Assembly: GCA_021797925.1 (NCBI GenBank)
Contig: JAJZYS010000001.1
Location: 1 to 37,054 of the forward strand
Source of the DNA: Bacillota bacterium
GTDB lineage: Bacteria; Bacillota; Sulfobacillia; JAJZYS01
Reading direction: 5' to 3'
DNA: 37,054 nt
Part shown: positions 27,272 to 36,200 of the stretch, piece by piece
Numbering within the stretch: position 1 is the stretch's first letter
Layout: every line of letters begins with the position of its first letter
Position numbers and translations under genes: made by a program
The notes under the pieces: model-generated
What the model saw: only the letters and a program-made list of their open reading frames with translations
What the model was told of the DNA's origin: nothing
Database searches by the model: none

Positions 27272-27305
27272 TGGGTGCAGTGGGGTGTCGTGGGGCATCG
27301 TGGGG
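27272..27305 (+). promoter_or_regulatory. Putative MraZ operator: phased GTGGGG direct repeats (10-bp period)
   Basis: GTGGGG at 27280-27285, 27290-27295 and 27300-27305 with 4-nt spacers, plus a degenerate TGGG at 27272-27275. This matches the known type of MraZ operator (direct TGGGN / GTGG-type repeats at 10-bp phasing). The last repeat overlaps the mraZ SD. Confidence 0.55.
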
Positions 27306-27315
27306 AGGGACCCGG

Positions 27316-27753
27316 GTGTTCATGGGCGAGTACCGGCATGCCCTGGACGACAAGGGAAGACTCTTCATCCCTGCTCGCTTCCGCGAAGAGCTGGGCGCGC
27401 CGAGCGTGGTCGCCAAGGGCCTCGACGGCTGCCTGTTCCTCTTCCCGCGGGCCAGCTGGCAGCGGTTGCAGGATGACCTGGCGCACCTGCCGCTGACGCG
27501 CAGCGACGCCCGGGCCTTCATGCGCTTCCTGCTGGCCGGTGCGGCCGAGGTGGAGCCGGACCGCCAGGGCCGCATCGGCGTGCCCACTCCCCTGCGCGAG
27601 CATGCCGCCCTGGTGCGCGAGGCGGTCGTGGTGGGAGTCGGGGACCGCGTGGAGGTGTGGGCGCAGGATCGCTGGGAGGCTTACTCCCGCGAGGCTGCGC
27701 AGGCGTTCGAGCGCATTGCCGAGGAGCTTGCCTCGCCGGGGGTCGGAGCGTGA
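27316..27753 (+). CDS. mraZ: Transcriptional regulator MraZ
   Basis: (V)FMGEYRHALDDKGRLFIPARFREEL and a second half DRQGRIGVP..LRE.A are the duplicated MraZ/SpoVT-AbrB motifs. GTG 27316 lies 7 nt after GGAGG. Confidence 0.93.
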   Translation: MFMGEYRHALDDKGRLFIPARFREELGAPSVVAKGLDGCLFLFPRASWQRLQDDLAHLPLTRSDARAFMRFLLAGAAEVEPDRQGRIGVPTPLREHAALVREAVVVGVGDRVEVWAQDRWEAYSREAAQAFERIAEELASPGVGA

Positions 27754-28673
27754 TGGCGGTGTTCGTGCACGAGCCGGTGCTGCCGATCGAGGTCGCGGAC
27801 GTGCTGGGCCTGAAACCCGGGATGCGGCTGGTCGACGCCACCGTGGGGGCGGCCGGCCACGCGCTGGAGCTGATCCCCCATATTCTGCCCGGCGGCCGGT
27901 TCCTGGGGGTCGACCGGGACCCCGAGGCGATCGCCGTGAGCGCTCGGCGGCTCGCGCCCTTCGGAGCCGCCGTGGCGCTGCGCCACGGGAACTTCAGTCA
28001 TCTGGACCGTTTCCTCGAGGAACTGGGCTGGCCCGGCGCCGACGGGCTGCTGGTGGACCTCGGGGTCTCCTCGCCGCAGCTGGATCGCAACGAGCGGGGG
28101 TTCAGCTACATGGAGGACGGGCCGCTGGACATGCGCATGGACCCGGGCGAGACGATCACCGCCGCGGATCTCGTGAACGAGCTTGCCCAGCGCGAGCTCG
28201 CCCGGATCCTCCGCGACTACGGGGAGGAGCGCTGGGCCAGCCGCATCGCCCAGTTCATCGTGGAGCGCCGTGTCCGCCAGCCTTACCGGCGTACCGGCGA
28301 ACTGGTCGAGACGATCCGGGCGGCGATACCGACGGCTGCGCGCCGGCACGGCCCCCACCCTGCCCGGCGCACGTTCCAGGCGCTCAGAATCGCCGTCAAC
28401 GACGAGCTGGGATCGCTGGAGACCCTGCTGGCTCACGTCGATTCGCTCCTGGCCCCCGGCGGGAGGGTGGCGGTGATCGCCTTCCACTCGCTGGAGGATC
28501 GCCGGGTGAAGCAGGCGCTGCGGGAACTGGGGCGGCAGGGAAGGCTCGAGGACGTCGCCCGCCGGCCGGTGGTCGCCGGCGCGGCCGAGTGCGAGCGCAA
28601 CCCCCGCGCGCGCTCCGCCAGGTTGCGGTGGGCGCGACGGCCGCGGGTTCTACCGACGATCGGGGAGGAATAG
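27753..28673 (+). CDS. rsmH: 16S rRNA (cytosine1402-N4)-methyltransferase RsmH
   Basis: HEPVL, VDATVGAAGH, GVDRDPEA, DLGVSSPQLD...RGFSY...GPLDMRMD, RTFQALRIAVNDEL, FHSLEDR.VK. The ATG overlaps the mraZ TGA. Confidence 0.93.
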   Translation: MAVFVHEPVLPIEVADVLGLKPGMRLVDATVGAAGHALELIPHILPGGRFLGVDRDPEAIAVSARRLAPFGAAVALRHGNFSHLDRFLEELGWPGADGLLVDLGVSSPQLDRNERGFSYMEDGPLDMRMDPGETITAADLVNELAQRELARILRDYGEERWASRIAQFIVERRVRQPYRRTGELVETIRAAIPTAARRHGPHPARRTFQALRIAVNDELGSLETLLAHVDSLLAPGGRVAVIAFHSLEDRRVKQALRELGRQGRLEDVARRPVVAGAAECERNPRARSARLRWARRPRVLPTIGEE

Positions 28674-28675
28674 TC

Positions 28676-29113
28676 GTGCTAGCGGCCCGAGAACTGGCTG
28701 AACGATCGATCCAGCAGGAGGTGACTCGGGCGTCGTCGCGCATCCTGGCGCGACGACGGCTCAAGGGATTCGCCACGCTGTGGGTCGTAGGCGTCATGGG
28801 CGGTGTCCTGGTGGTGAACCGCTTCGCGACCGCGGACCAGTACGGGTACGCGATCGACCGCCTGCAGGCGCGCTACGTGGCGGCACGAGCCCTGAACGAG
28901 GCACTGACCGCGCAGGTCGCGGCGCTCAGTTCACCGGACCGCCTGGTGGGCGTGGGAACCCGGATGAAGATCCCGACGCTGGAGAAGGCGTTCTACGTCC
29001 CGGCCGTGATCCCGGCCTCCGCAGCTGCCGTCCGTCCCCGCCGCCAGAGCACCTGGGGCCGGGCGTGGAGTCGCCTTGTTCACAGCCTGGCCGCCGTCCT
29101 GCGCCGGATCTGA
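28676..29113 (+). CDS. ftsL: Cell division protein FtsL (single-pass, coiled coil)
   Basis: Conserved position between rsmH and the class B PBP. It has one TM (FATLWVVGVMGGVLVV) followed by a heptad-like region. GTG 28676 lies 7 nt after GGGGAGG. Sequence conservation for this family is intrinsically weak. Confidence 0.7.
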   Translation: MLAARELAERSIQQEVTRASSRILARRRLKGFATLWVVGVMGGVLVVNRFATADQYGYAIDRLQARYVAARALNEALTAQVAALSSPDRLVGVGTRMKIPTLEKAFYVPAVIPASAAAVRPRRQSTWGRAWSRLVHSLAAVLRRI

Positions 29114-29154
29114 GGGCCCGCCCCAGGCACCCTGGTACCCGGGGGCGATGCGGG

Positions 29155-31251
29155 GTGGAACCAGCGGGGCTGACCTCCCGTCGCCGCGTGTTGTGGGCCC
29201 TGGCCGCGGTGCTGTTGGCCGCCCTGGGGCTCATTGCCCGTCTGACGTGGATCCAGGTGGTGCAAGGGGAGCGATGGAGTGCGCAAAGCCTCCGCCAGCG
29301 GCTGAGGCTGGTCCCGGTCCAGGCGCCCCGGGGCGAGATCGTGGATGACCGGGGGCGGGTCCTCGCCACGTCGGTGAGCGCTGACTCGGTCTACGCGATC
29401 CCGGCCCAGGTGGTCGACGCGAGGGCCGAGGGTGGGGAGGTGGCGCGCATGCTGGGTGTGCCGGCGGAGCGCGTGATCGCGCTGATGCGGAGCAAGCGTT
29501 CCGTGGTGTGGCTGGCGCGGCACGCGGACCCCACGAAGGCGCTGGCCATCCGGCGGGAGGGGCTGGCGGGGGTGGGGATCGTGCCGGACGTTCGGCGGCG
29601 CGAGGTTTACGGATCCACGGCGGCGCAGGTGCTGGGCATCGTCGGGATCGACAATCAGGGGCTCGAGGGGGTGGAACTCGCCTATGACCGTGCCCTGCGG
29701 GGCCGTCCGGGCGGCATCGGGATCGAGGTGGACGCCCGCAATCGCGCCCTGCCGTTCCCCCGCAGCCAGTACATCCCGCCGACCCCGGGCGCGCGGGTGC
29801 AGCTGACGCTGGATCTGAACCTGCAGCGCATGGCCCAGAACGAGATCGACGCGGCGGTCCGGGCGACCGGATCCAGGGCGGGACTGATCCTCATGACCGA
29901 TCCCCGGACCGGAGGTATCCGGGCGCTGGCCCAGTGGCCCACCTACGACCCCAACCGGTATCCGGCCTATCCGGCCTCGGCCCGGCGCAATCTGGCGGTG
30001 TCCGACGACGTTCCCCCGGGATCCACGTTCAAGCCGATCACCCTGGCCGCGGCCCTGGACACGGGAAAGGTGACCTCCCGCAGCAGTTTCTACGATCCGG
30101 GCTTTGTCCGGGTCCAGGGCCGCACCATCCATTGCTGGCGCCACGGCGGCCACGGGGCGGAGGACTTGGCGGCCGTGGTGGCTAACTCATGCAACGTGGG
30201 GTTTGTCGAACTGGGTCTAAAGCTCGGCGTGGCAAGCTTCTACCAGTACCTGCGCCGGTTCAATCTGCTGAGCCGCACGGGCGTGGACCTGCCCGGGGAG
30301 GCCAGCAGCATCGTCCCGCCGGAGAAGGAGGTGCAGCCGGTGGACCTGGCTGCCATGGCCTTCGGGCAGACCCTGGCGCTCACCCCGCTGCAGCTGGTGG
30401 CGGCCGTGGGGGCCGTGGCGGACGGCGGAGTCTTTCATCAGCCGCACGTGGTCAGGTCCGTCGCGGCGAGCGGGGGCTCGCCCGTGCCCTTTCGCGCGCG
30501 AAGCCGCCGGGTGGTGAGCGCGGGCGCCGCCCGGGAGGCGGTGCGGCTCATGGAAGGCGTCGTGGACCGGGGCACCGGCAAGAACGCGCGGGTGCCCGGG
30601 TACCGGGTGGCCGGCAAGACCGGAACGGCCCAGGCGGTCATCAACGGTCACTACGTGCAGGGCCGCTACCTCTCGTCGTTCATCGGCTTCGGCCCCCTGC
30701 CTCACCCCGATCTCCTGACGCTCGTCGAGCTCTACGAGCCTTCGGGCGAGTATTATGGAGGCCAGATCGCGGCGCCGGTGTTCTCGCGCCTCATGTCTCA
30801 GGCGTTCGGGGCGGTGGGAGATCCCCCTCAGCTCCCCCCGCCGCCGGTGGCCCGGATACCCGAACTCAAGGGGTTGACGGCCGAGCGCGCCTTGAGGAGA
30901 CTGCAGGAGCGGGGGCTCAGGGGCCGGGTCCTGGGGCCCGCGGGCCCGGTGGTGGGCACGCTGCCCTTGAGCGGCGCGCAGGTGCCGCGGGGCAGCGAGG
31001 TGCTGGTCTTCACCGGCCGCCGGCTGCGCGGCGAGGTGAGCGTGCCTGGCCTCGCGGGTCTGACCGCGGGTGAGGCGGGCCGGGTCCTGGCTGAGGCCGG
31101 CTTGCGCCTCAAGGTGGCTCGCGACGGTCCGGGGCGAGTCCTCGGCCAGCGCCCGGGGCCGGGCCGTCGCCTGGCCCCGGGCGCGGTGGTGGAGGTGGAT
31201 CTCGGCGCCGGCCCCGAAGCCGCGTCGCATGGGGCAGCCAGTTCTCGGTAA
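29155..31251 (+). CDS. ftsI: Class B penicillin-binding protein (FtsI/PBP2B-type transpeptidase) with two C-terminal PASTA domains
   Basis: N-terminal TM, then QAPRGEIVDDRGRVLA (PBP dimer domain). It has SxxK (STFKP), SxN (SCN) and KTG (KTGTA). Two PASTA-like repeats are present (IPELKGLTAERALRRLQERGL...; VPGLAGLTAGEAGRVLAEAGL...). The GTG 29155 start is tentative. Confidence 0.9.
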   Translation: MEPAGLTSRRRVLWALAAVLLAALGLIARLTWIQVVQGERWSAQSLRQRLRLVPVQAPRGEIVDDRGRVLATSVSADSVYAIPAQVVDARAEGGEVARMLGVPAERVIALMRSKRSVVWLARHADPTKALAIRREGLAGVGIVPDVRRREVYGSTAAQVLGIVGIDNQGLEGVELAYDRALRGRPGGIGIEVDARNRALPFPRSQYIPPTPGARVQLTLDLNLQRMAQNEIDAAVRATGSRAGLILMTDPRTGGIRALAQWPTYDPNRYPAYPASARRNLAVSDDVPPGSTFKPITLAAALDTGKVTSRSSFYDPGFVRVQGRTIHCWRHGGHGAEDLAAVVANSCNVGFVELGLKLGVASFYQYLRRFNLLSRTGVDLPGEASSIVPPEKEVQPVDLAAMAFGQTLALTPLQLVAAVGAVADGGVFHQPHVVRSVAASGGSPVPFRARSRRVVSAGAAREAVRLMEGVVDRGTGKNARVPGYRVAGKTGTAQAVINGHYVQGRYLSSFIGFGPLPHPDLLTLVELYEPSGEYYGGQIAAPVFSRLMSQAFGAVGDPPQLPPPPVARIPELKGLTAERALRRLQERGLRGRVLGPAGPVVGTLPLSGAQVPRGSEVLVFTGRRLRGEVSVPGLAGLTAGEAGRVLAEAGLRLKVARDGPGRVLGQRPGPGRRLAPGAVVEVDLGAGPEAASHGAASSR

Positions 31252-31253
31252 AC

Positions 31254-32771
31254 ATGGTAGTCATGAAGCAGGACGCGGGTGAGGTGGTGGCGGTGCGGCT
31301 TCAGTCGCTGGTCGAGGACGTGCCGGGCTCCCGGCAGATCGGCGATCCGGGCGCCGAGGTCACCGGGATCGCATACGATTCGCGGCGAGTCAAGCCCGGG
31401 GACCTGTTCGTGGCCATCCGCGGCCGCGTGCATGACGGACACGACTTCATCGGCCCGGCGCGGCAGGCGGGAGCGTCGGCGGTGATGGTGGAGGACGAGG
31501 TGCGGGCCGGTGCCGGTCCCGGGATCGTGGTGCCCGACTCGCGGCATGCCCTGGGGATCGTCTCCAGCCGGTTCTTCGGGTACCCGAGTCAGAGCCTCAA
31601 GGTGATGGGGGTGACGGGGACCAACGGCAAGACCACCACGACGTACCTCCTGCGTTCCATCCTGCGCGCCGCCGGACGGCAGGTGGGACTCATCGGCACC
31701 GTGGCCCACTTCCTCGGCGACCAGAGCGTGCCGGCGGAGCGCACGACGCCGGAATCCTACGACCTGCAGGCGCTCTTCGCCCAGATGAAGGAGCGGGGCC
31801 TGACGCACGTGGTGATGGAGGTGTCCTCCATCGCCCTGGAGCTGTGGCGGCTGGCCGGCACCGACATGGATGTGGGGGTGTTCACCAATCTCACGCAGGA
31901 TCACCTGGACTTCCACGTCTCCCTGGAGGCATACCGGGACGCCAAGGCGCGGCTGTTCGCGTCCATCGAGCCCCGTGCGGGTCGCTTCGCGGTCGTCAAC
32001 GCCGACGACCCCGCGAGCCGCCACATGGCCGAGCACAGCCGGGTGCACGTCTGGACATACTCCTACGAGGATCCCATGTCCGATGTGTGTGCCGAGCGGG
32101 TGGAACTGCTGCCTGGCGGCTCCCGCTTCCTTCTCACCGGTCCCAGCGGGCGGGCGCCGGTGCGGCTGCACCTGGCCGGCCGGTTCAACGTGGAGAACGC
32201 GCTGGCGGCGGCGACGGCGGCGCTGGGCGAAGGGGTGGACGTGGAGACCATCGCCCGGGGGCTCGGGGCCGTGCAGGGGGTGCCTGGGCGCCTGCAGAGC
32301 GTGAACGAGGGGCAACCGTTCGGCGTCATCGTCGACTACGCGCACACCCCCGACGGCCTGGAGAGGGTGCTGGAGGCCACGCGCGAGTTCACCCGGGGCC
32401 GGGTGCTCCTGGTGTTCGGCTGCGGCGGCGACCGGGACCGCCAGAAGCGGCCGCTCATGGGGCGTGTGGCCGCGCGCCTCGCCGACCGCATCTTCCTCAC
32501 GTCCGACAACCCTCGCAGCGAGGATCCCCAGACCATCCTGGACGAAGTGGCCGCCGGCATCCGGGCCGAGGGCGTCCGGCCGCAGCTGGTGGAGATCGAC
32601 CGCCGCGTCGCCATCCGCTCCGCCCTGCAGGAGGCCCGGGCGGGGGACACGGTCCTGATCGCCGGCAAGGGCCACGAGACCTACCAGATCCTCGGCGACC
32701 GGGTGATCCCCTTCAGCGACGCCGAGGTCGCGGCCGACATCCTGCGGGAAGGGGGCAGCAGCGCTTGCTGA
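31254..32771 (+). CDS. murE: UDP-N-acetylmuramoyl-L-alanyl-D-glutamate--2,6-diaminopimelate ligase
   Basis: GITYDSR-like IAYDSRRVKPGDLFVA, GVTGTNGKTTT, and DNPRSEDP (meso-DAP-type motif). ATG 31254 (ATG 31263 is an alternative). Confidence 0.93.
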   Translation: MVVMKQDAGEVVAVRLQSLVEDVPGSRQIGDPGAEVTGIAYDSRRVKPGDLFVAIRGRVHDGHDFIGPARQAGASAVMVEDEVRAGAGPGIVVPDSRHALGIVSSRFFGYPSQSLKVMGVTGTNGKTTTTYLLRSILRAAGRQVGLIGTVAHFLGDQSVPAERTTPESYDLQALFAQMKERGLTHVVMEVSSIALELWRLAGTDMDVGVFTNLTQDHLDFHVSLEAYRDAKARLFASIEPRAGRFAVVNADDPASRHMAEHSRVHVWTYSYEDPMSDVCAERVELLPGGSRFLLTGPSGRAPVRLHLAGRFNVENALAAATAALGEGVDVETIARGLGAVQGVPGRLQSVNEGQPFGVIVDYAHTPDGLERVLEATREFTRGRVLLVFGCGGDRDRQKRPLMGRVAARLADRIFLTSDNPRSEDPQTILDEVAAGIRAEGVRPQLVEIDRRVAIRSALQEARAGDTVLIAGKGHETYQILGDRVIPFSDAEVAADILREGGSSAC

Positions 32772-34126
32772 CGGCGGAGGACATCATGCGCGATGCCGGC
32801 GGGGAGATCCTGGCCGGCAACGGCAAGGTGGCATTCGAGCACGCCAGCGTGGACTCGCGCACCTGTCGCCCGGGCGACCTGTTCTTCGCGCTCAGGGGGC
32901 AGCGGGTCGACGGTCACCAGTTCGTGCAGGACGCCTTCGCGCGGGGAGCGCTGGGCGTGGTGGTGCGCGAGAGCTTCTCCCCCATCCCCGCGGGTCGGGT
33001 GGTGGTCAGGGTGGAAGACCCCGCCGCCGCCCTGAGGCGGGTGGCGGCCGCCCGCCGGCAGCGCTCGCGGGTGGAGGTGGTGGCCGTCACCGGCAGCGTC
33101 GGCAAGAGCACGACCAAGGAGCTCACGGCCGCGGTGCTGGCGACCGAGGGGGACACCCTGCGCTCTCCCGGCAACCACAACACCGAAATCGGGCTGCCGC
33201 TGGCCCTGGTGGACCTGCAGCCCAGCCACTGGGCCGCCGTGCTGGAGATGGGCATGCGCGGCCCCGGGGAGATCCGCAGCCTGTGCCGCATCGCCCGGCC
33301 GCGGGTGGGGATCGTCACCGGGATCGCGCCGGTGCACCTGGAGGTCATGGGGAGCATGGAGGCGATTGCGCAGGCCAAGGCCGAACTCGTGGAGGCCCTG
33401 CCCGCCAGCGGGACGGCCGTGATCCCCGCCGACGAGGCGTTCGGGCCCTACCTGGCGGAGCGCACCGAGGCGACGGTCGTGCGGGTGGGCCCCGGCGGCG
33501 AGCTGTGGGCCGAGGCCGTGACGAGCCGGGGGCTCGAGGGCGTCGACTTCGTCCTGACGGACGGCAGGGCGCGGGAGGCGGTGCATCTGCCCTGGGTGGG
33601 AGCGCACCTGGTCAAGAACGCGCTCCTGGCGGTGGCGGCGGGGATGGCCCTGGGGCTGCCCCTCGCCCAGTGTGCCCGGGGGCTGGAGGCGGTGCCCCCC
33701 GAGGGAGCCCGGCTCAAGGTGAACGTGGGGCCCTACACCGTGCTGGACGACTGCTACAATGCGAGCCCCTGCTCTATGCGGGCGGCGCTCCGGCTGCTTC
33801 AGTCCTTGCCGGGAAGGCGGGTGGCGGTGCTGGGGGAGATGCTGGAACTGGGGCCCCAGTCGGACCGGTTCCACCGCGAGCTCGGGGAGCAGGCGGGCTC
33901 GGTGGACGCGCTTGTGGCCATCGGGCCCCGGGCGGACACCGTGCGGGCGGGAGCGGTGGCCGCCGGCATGGACCCCCGTCGCATCCACACGTTTCCCAAC
34001 AACGAGGCCGCCGTGGCCGCCAGCGCGCTCTGGGCGCGGCCCGGGGACACGATCCTGGTCAAGGGGTCCCGGGGCAGCGCCCTCGACGAAGTGGTCCAGG
34101 CGCTGGTGCGGGAGACCCCGGAATGA
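32765..34126 (+). CDS. murF: UDP-N-acetylmuramoyl-tripeptide--D-alanyl-D-alanine ligase
   Basis: VDSRTCRPGDLFFAL.G.RVDGH.F, VTGSVGKSTTKE, EMGMRGPGEI, DDCYNASP. TTG 32765 overlaps the murE end. ATG 32786 (5 nt after GGAGG) is an equally plausible start. Confidence 0.9.
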   Translation: MLTAEDIMRDAGGEILAGNGKVAFEHASVDSRTCRPGDLFFALRGQRVDGHQFVQDAFARGALGVVVRESFSPIPAGRVVVRVEDPAAALRRVAAARRQRSRVEVVAVTGSVGKSTTKELTAAVLATEGDTLRSPGNHNTEIGLPLALVDLQPSHWAAVLEMGMRGPGEIRSLCRIARPRVGIVTGIAPVHLEVMGSMEAIAQAKAELVEALPASGTAVIPADEAFGPYLAERTEATVVRVGPGGELWAEAVTSRGLEGVDFVLTDGRAREAVHLPWVGAHLVKNALLAVAAGMALGLPLAQCARGLEAVPPEGARLKVNVGPYTVLDDCYNASPCSMRAALRLLQSLPGRRVAVLGEMLELGPQSDRFHRELGEQAGSVDALVAIGPRADTVRAGAVAAGMDPRRIHTFPNNEAAVAASALWARPGDTILVKGSRGSALDEVVQALVRETPE

Positions 34127-35085
34127 ACCCGCTGTGGGGCGCGCTGGTGGGCTTCGGCTTCGCGTTCGTGCCCGCGCCGCTGGTGCTGTCGGGGCTGAGG
34201 CGCCTGGGAGGACAGCCCATCCGCACCGACGGCCCCGCCACGCACCTGGTCAAGGCGGGCACTCCCACCATGGGCGGCGTGCTCTTCGTCGCGGGCCTCG
34301 TCGCCGCCGTGGTGCTCTTCTTCCGGCAGGATCCCCCGGCCTGGACCCTGGCCGGGGTGGCCGTCCTCTCCGGGCTGATGGGCGCCATGGACGACCTGCG
34401 CAAGCTCCGGCGCCGCCAGTCGCTGGGCCTCAAGGCCCGCCACAAGCTCGCCCTGGGCCTCGTCATGGGCGTGGCCCTGGCGGCGGTGGCCGACGGGCCG
34501 CTGGGGCTGTCGACCTGGATCCACGTCCCCTTCGGCATCGCGGGCGGGCGCGTCGATCTGGGGCCGTGGTACTTCGTGGTGGTGCCCCTGGTGCTGGTGG
34601 CCACCACCAACGCCGTCAACTTGGCCGACGGCATGGACGGGCTGGCCGGAGGCCTGAGTCTCATCGCGCTCACCCTGTTTGCGGCGGTGGCCGTGGGGGA
34701 GGGAGAGACGGACATGGCCGGATGTGCGCTGGCGGCGGCGGGCGCGTGCGCGGGGTTTCTCTACTACAACGTCTATCCGGCCCGGGTCTTCATGGGCGAC
34801 CTGGGCGCCTTTTTCCTGGGGGGCGCCCTCGCCGCGCTGGCGGTGCTGACCCGCTGGGAGCTGCTCCTGGTCCTGGTGGGCCTCGTGTTCGTCCTCGAGG
34901 CCCTCTCGGACATCGTGCAGGTGGTGTACTTCCGCCGCCGGGGCCGCAGGCTTCTGCGCATGGCGCCCCTGCACCATCACTTCGAGCTCGGGGGGATGCC
35001 CCCCCAGACGGTGGTCTACCTCTTCTGGGCCGGCGGGCTCCTCGCCGCGCTGGTGGGAATCTGGTCGCTGGGGTGGGTCGCATGA
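34123..35085 (+). CDS. mraY: Phospho-N-acetylmuramoyl-pentapeptide transferase
   Basis: GQPIRTDGP.THL.KAGTPTMGG, NAVNLADGMDGLA, FMGD.G, APLHHHFEL.G. ATGA overlap with murF. Confidence 0.95.
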   Translation: MNPLWGALVGFGFAFVPAPLVLSGLRRLGGQPIRTDGPATHLVKAGTPTMGGVLFVAGLVAAVVLFFRQDPPAWTLAGVAVLSGLMGAMDDLRKLRRRQSLGLKARHKLALGLVMGVALAAVADGPLGLSTWIHVPFGIAGGRVDLGPWYFVVVPLVLVATTNAVNLADGMDGLAGGLSLIALTLFAAVAVGEGETDMAGCALAAAGACAGFLYYNVYPARVFMGDLGAFFLGGALAALAVLTRWELLLVLVGLVFVLEALSDIVQVVYFRRRGRRLLRMAPLHHHFELGGMPPQTVVYLFWAGGLLAALVGIWSLGWVA

Positions 35086-36200
35086 ACCCCGCTCGCCCGC
35101 GGGCCGCGTCCATGGACCTGGGGCTTCTGACCACGGTGCTGGTGCTTCTGGGACTGGGCCTGGTGATGATCTACTCCGCCAGCTCCGTGGAGGCCATGGC
35201 GATGTTCCACCGCCCATACTACTACCTGGAGCGCCAGCTCATCTGGGCCGTGCTGGGCGTGGGGGGCCTCGTCGTCGCCTCGCGCATCGACTACTGGCGC
35301 TGGACACGGCTGGCGTGGCCCCTGGGCGCCCTCACCCTGGTGCTCCTCGTGGCGGTCCTGGTGCCGCACGTGGGTATCAACATCAACGGCGCCCGCCGGT
35401 GGATCGGCTTCGGTCCGCTGTCCTTTCAGCCCTCGGAGCTGTCCAAGTTCACCGTGGTGCTCCTCTTTGCCGCCACGCTGACCCGGCGACAGTGGCCGGT
35501 GGAGCGCTTCTATCCCACGGTGGTGGCGCATCTGGGCGCCCTGGCGGTCGTGTTTGCCCTGATCCTCAAGGAGCCCGACCTGGGGACGGCGCTGGCGCTG
35601 GGCCTGACGGTGTTCGTCATGCTCTGGGTCGCGGGGGCGCGGACGGCGCACCTACTGGGCCTGGCGCTGCTGGCCGTCCCGGTGATCCTGGTGCTGATCG
35701 TCACCGAGCCCTACCGGCTCCAGCGGCTGCTGGCCTTCCTGCATCCGTGGAAGAACCCCCTGGGGTCGGGCTACCACATCATCCAGTCCCTCTACGCCCT
35801 GGGATCCGGCGGGCTGTTCGGTTCGGGCATCGGCCGCTCGGCGCTGAAGTTCTTCTACCTGCCCGAGCAGCACACCGACTTCATCTTTGCCATCCTGGGG
35901 GAGGAGATCGGCCTCGTGGGCACCACGGCCGTGGTGGTCCTGTTCTTCATCTTCGCCTGGCGAGGCCTGCGCATCTCCCTGCAGGCCCCCGACCGCTTCG
36001 GGGTGGTGCTGGGGGTGGGGCTGACCACCATGGTCGTGGCGCAGGCCTTCATGAACATCGGGGTGGTGACCGCGTCCATCCCCATCACCGGCATCCCCCT
36101 CCCGTTTCTGTCCTACGGCGGATCCTCGCTCGTCTTCGCCCTCACCGCCATCGGCATCCTCCTGAACCTGTCCCGCCAGGGCGCGAGGGCGCGATCGTGA
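35082..36200 (+). CDS. ftsW: Peptidoglycan glycosyltransferase FtsW/SpoVE (SEDS family)
   Basis: MIYSASS, RWIGFGPLSFQPSELSKF, LEPDLG-like KEPDLGTA, LPEQHTDFIFA, IPLPFLSYGGSS. ATGA overlap with mraY. Confidence 0.93.
   Translation: MNPARPRAASMDLGLLTTVLVLLGLGLVMIYSASSVEAMAMFHRPYYYLERQLIWAVLGVGGLVVASRIDYWRWTRLAWPLGALTLVLLVAVLVPHVGININGARRWIGFGPLSFQPSELSKFTVVLLFAATLTRRQWPVERFYPTVVAHLGALAVVFALILKEPDLGTALALGLTVFVMLWVAGARTAHLLGLALLAVPVILVLIVTEPYRLQRLLAFLHPWKNPLGSGYHIIQSLYALGSGGLFGSGIGRSALKFFYLPEQHTDFIFAILGEEIGLVGTTAVVVLFFIFAWRGLRISLQAPDRFGVVLGVGLTTMVVAQAFMNIGVVTASIPITGIPLPFLSYGGSSLVFALTAIGILLNLSRQGARARS

Noticed and set aside
30828-32675. 615-aa minus-strand ORF antisense to the PBP 3' end and murE. 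The same applies to 33799..35217 (-), 33283..35085 (+ N-terminal part) and 33759..36200 (+ N-terminal part).
   Set aside because: All are off-frame or antisense readings of dcw genes. Only the segments starting at the coupled ATGA/GTGA junctions carry family motifs.
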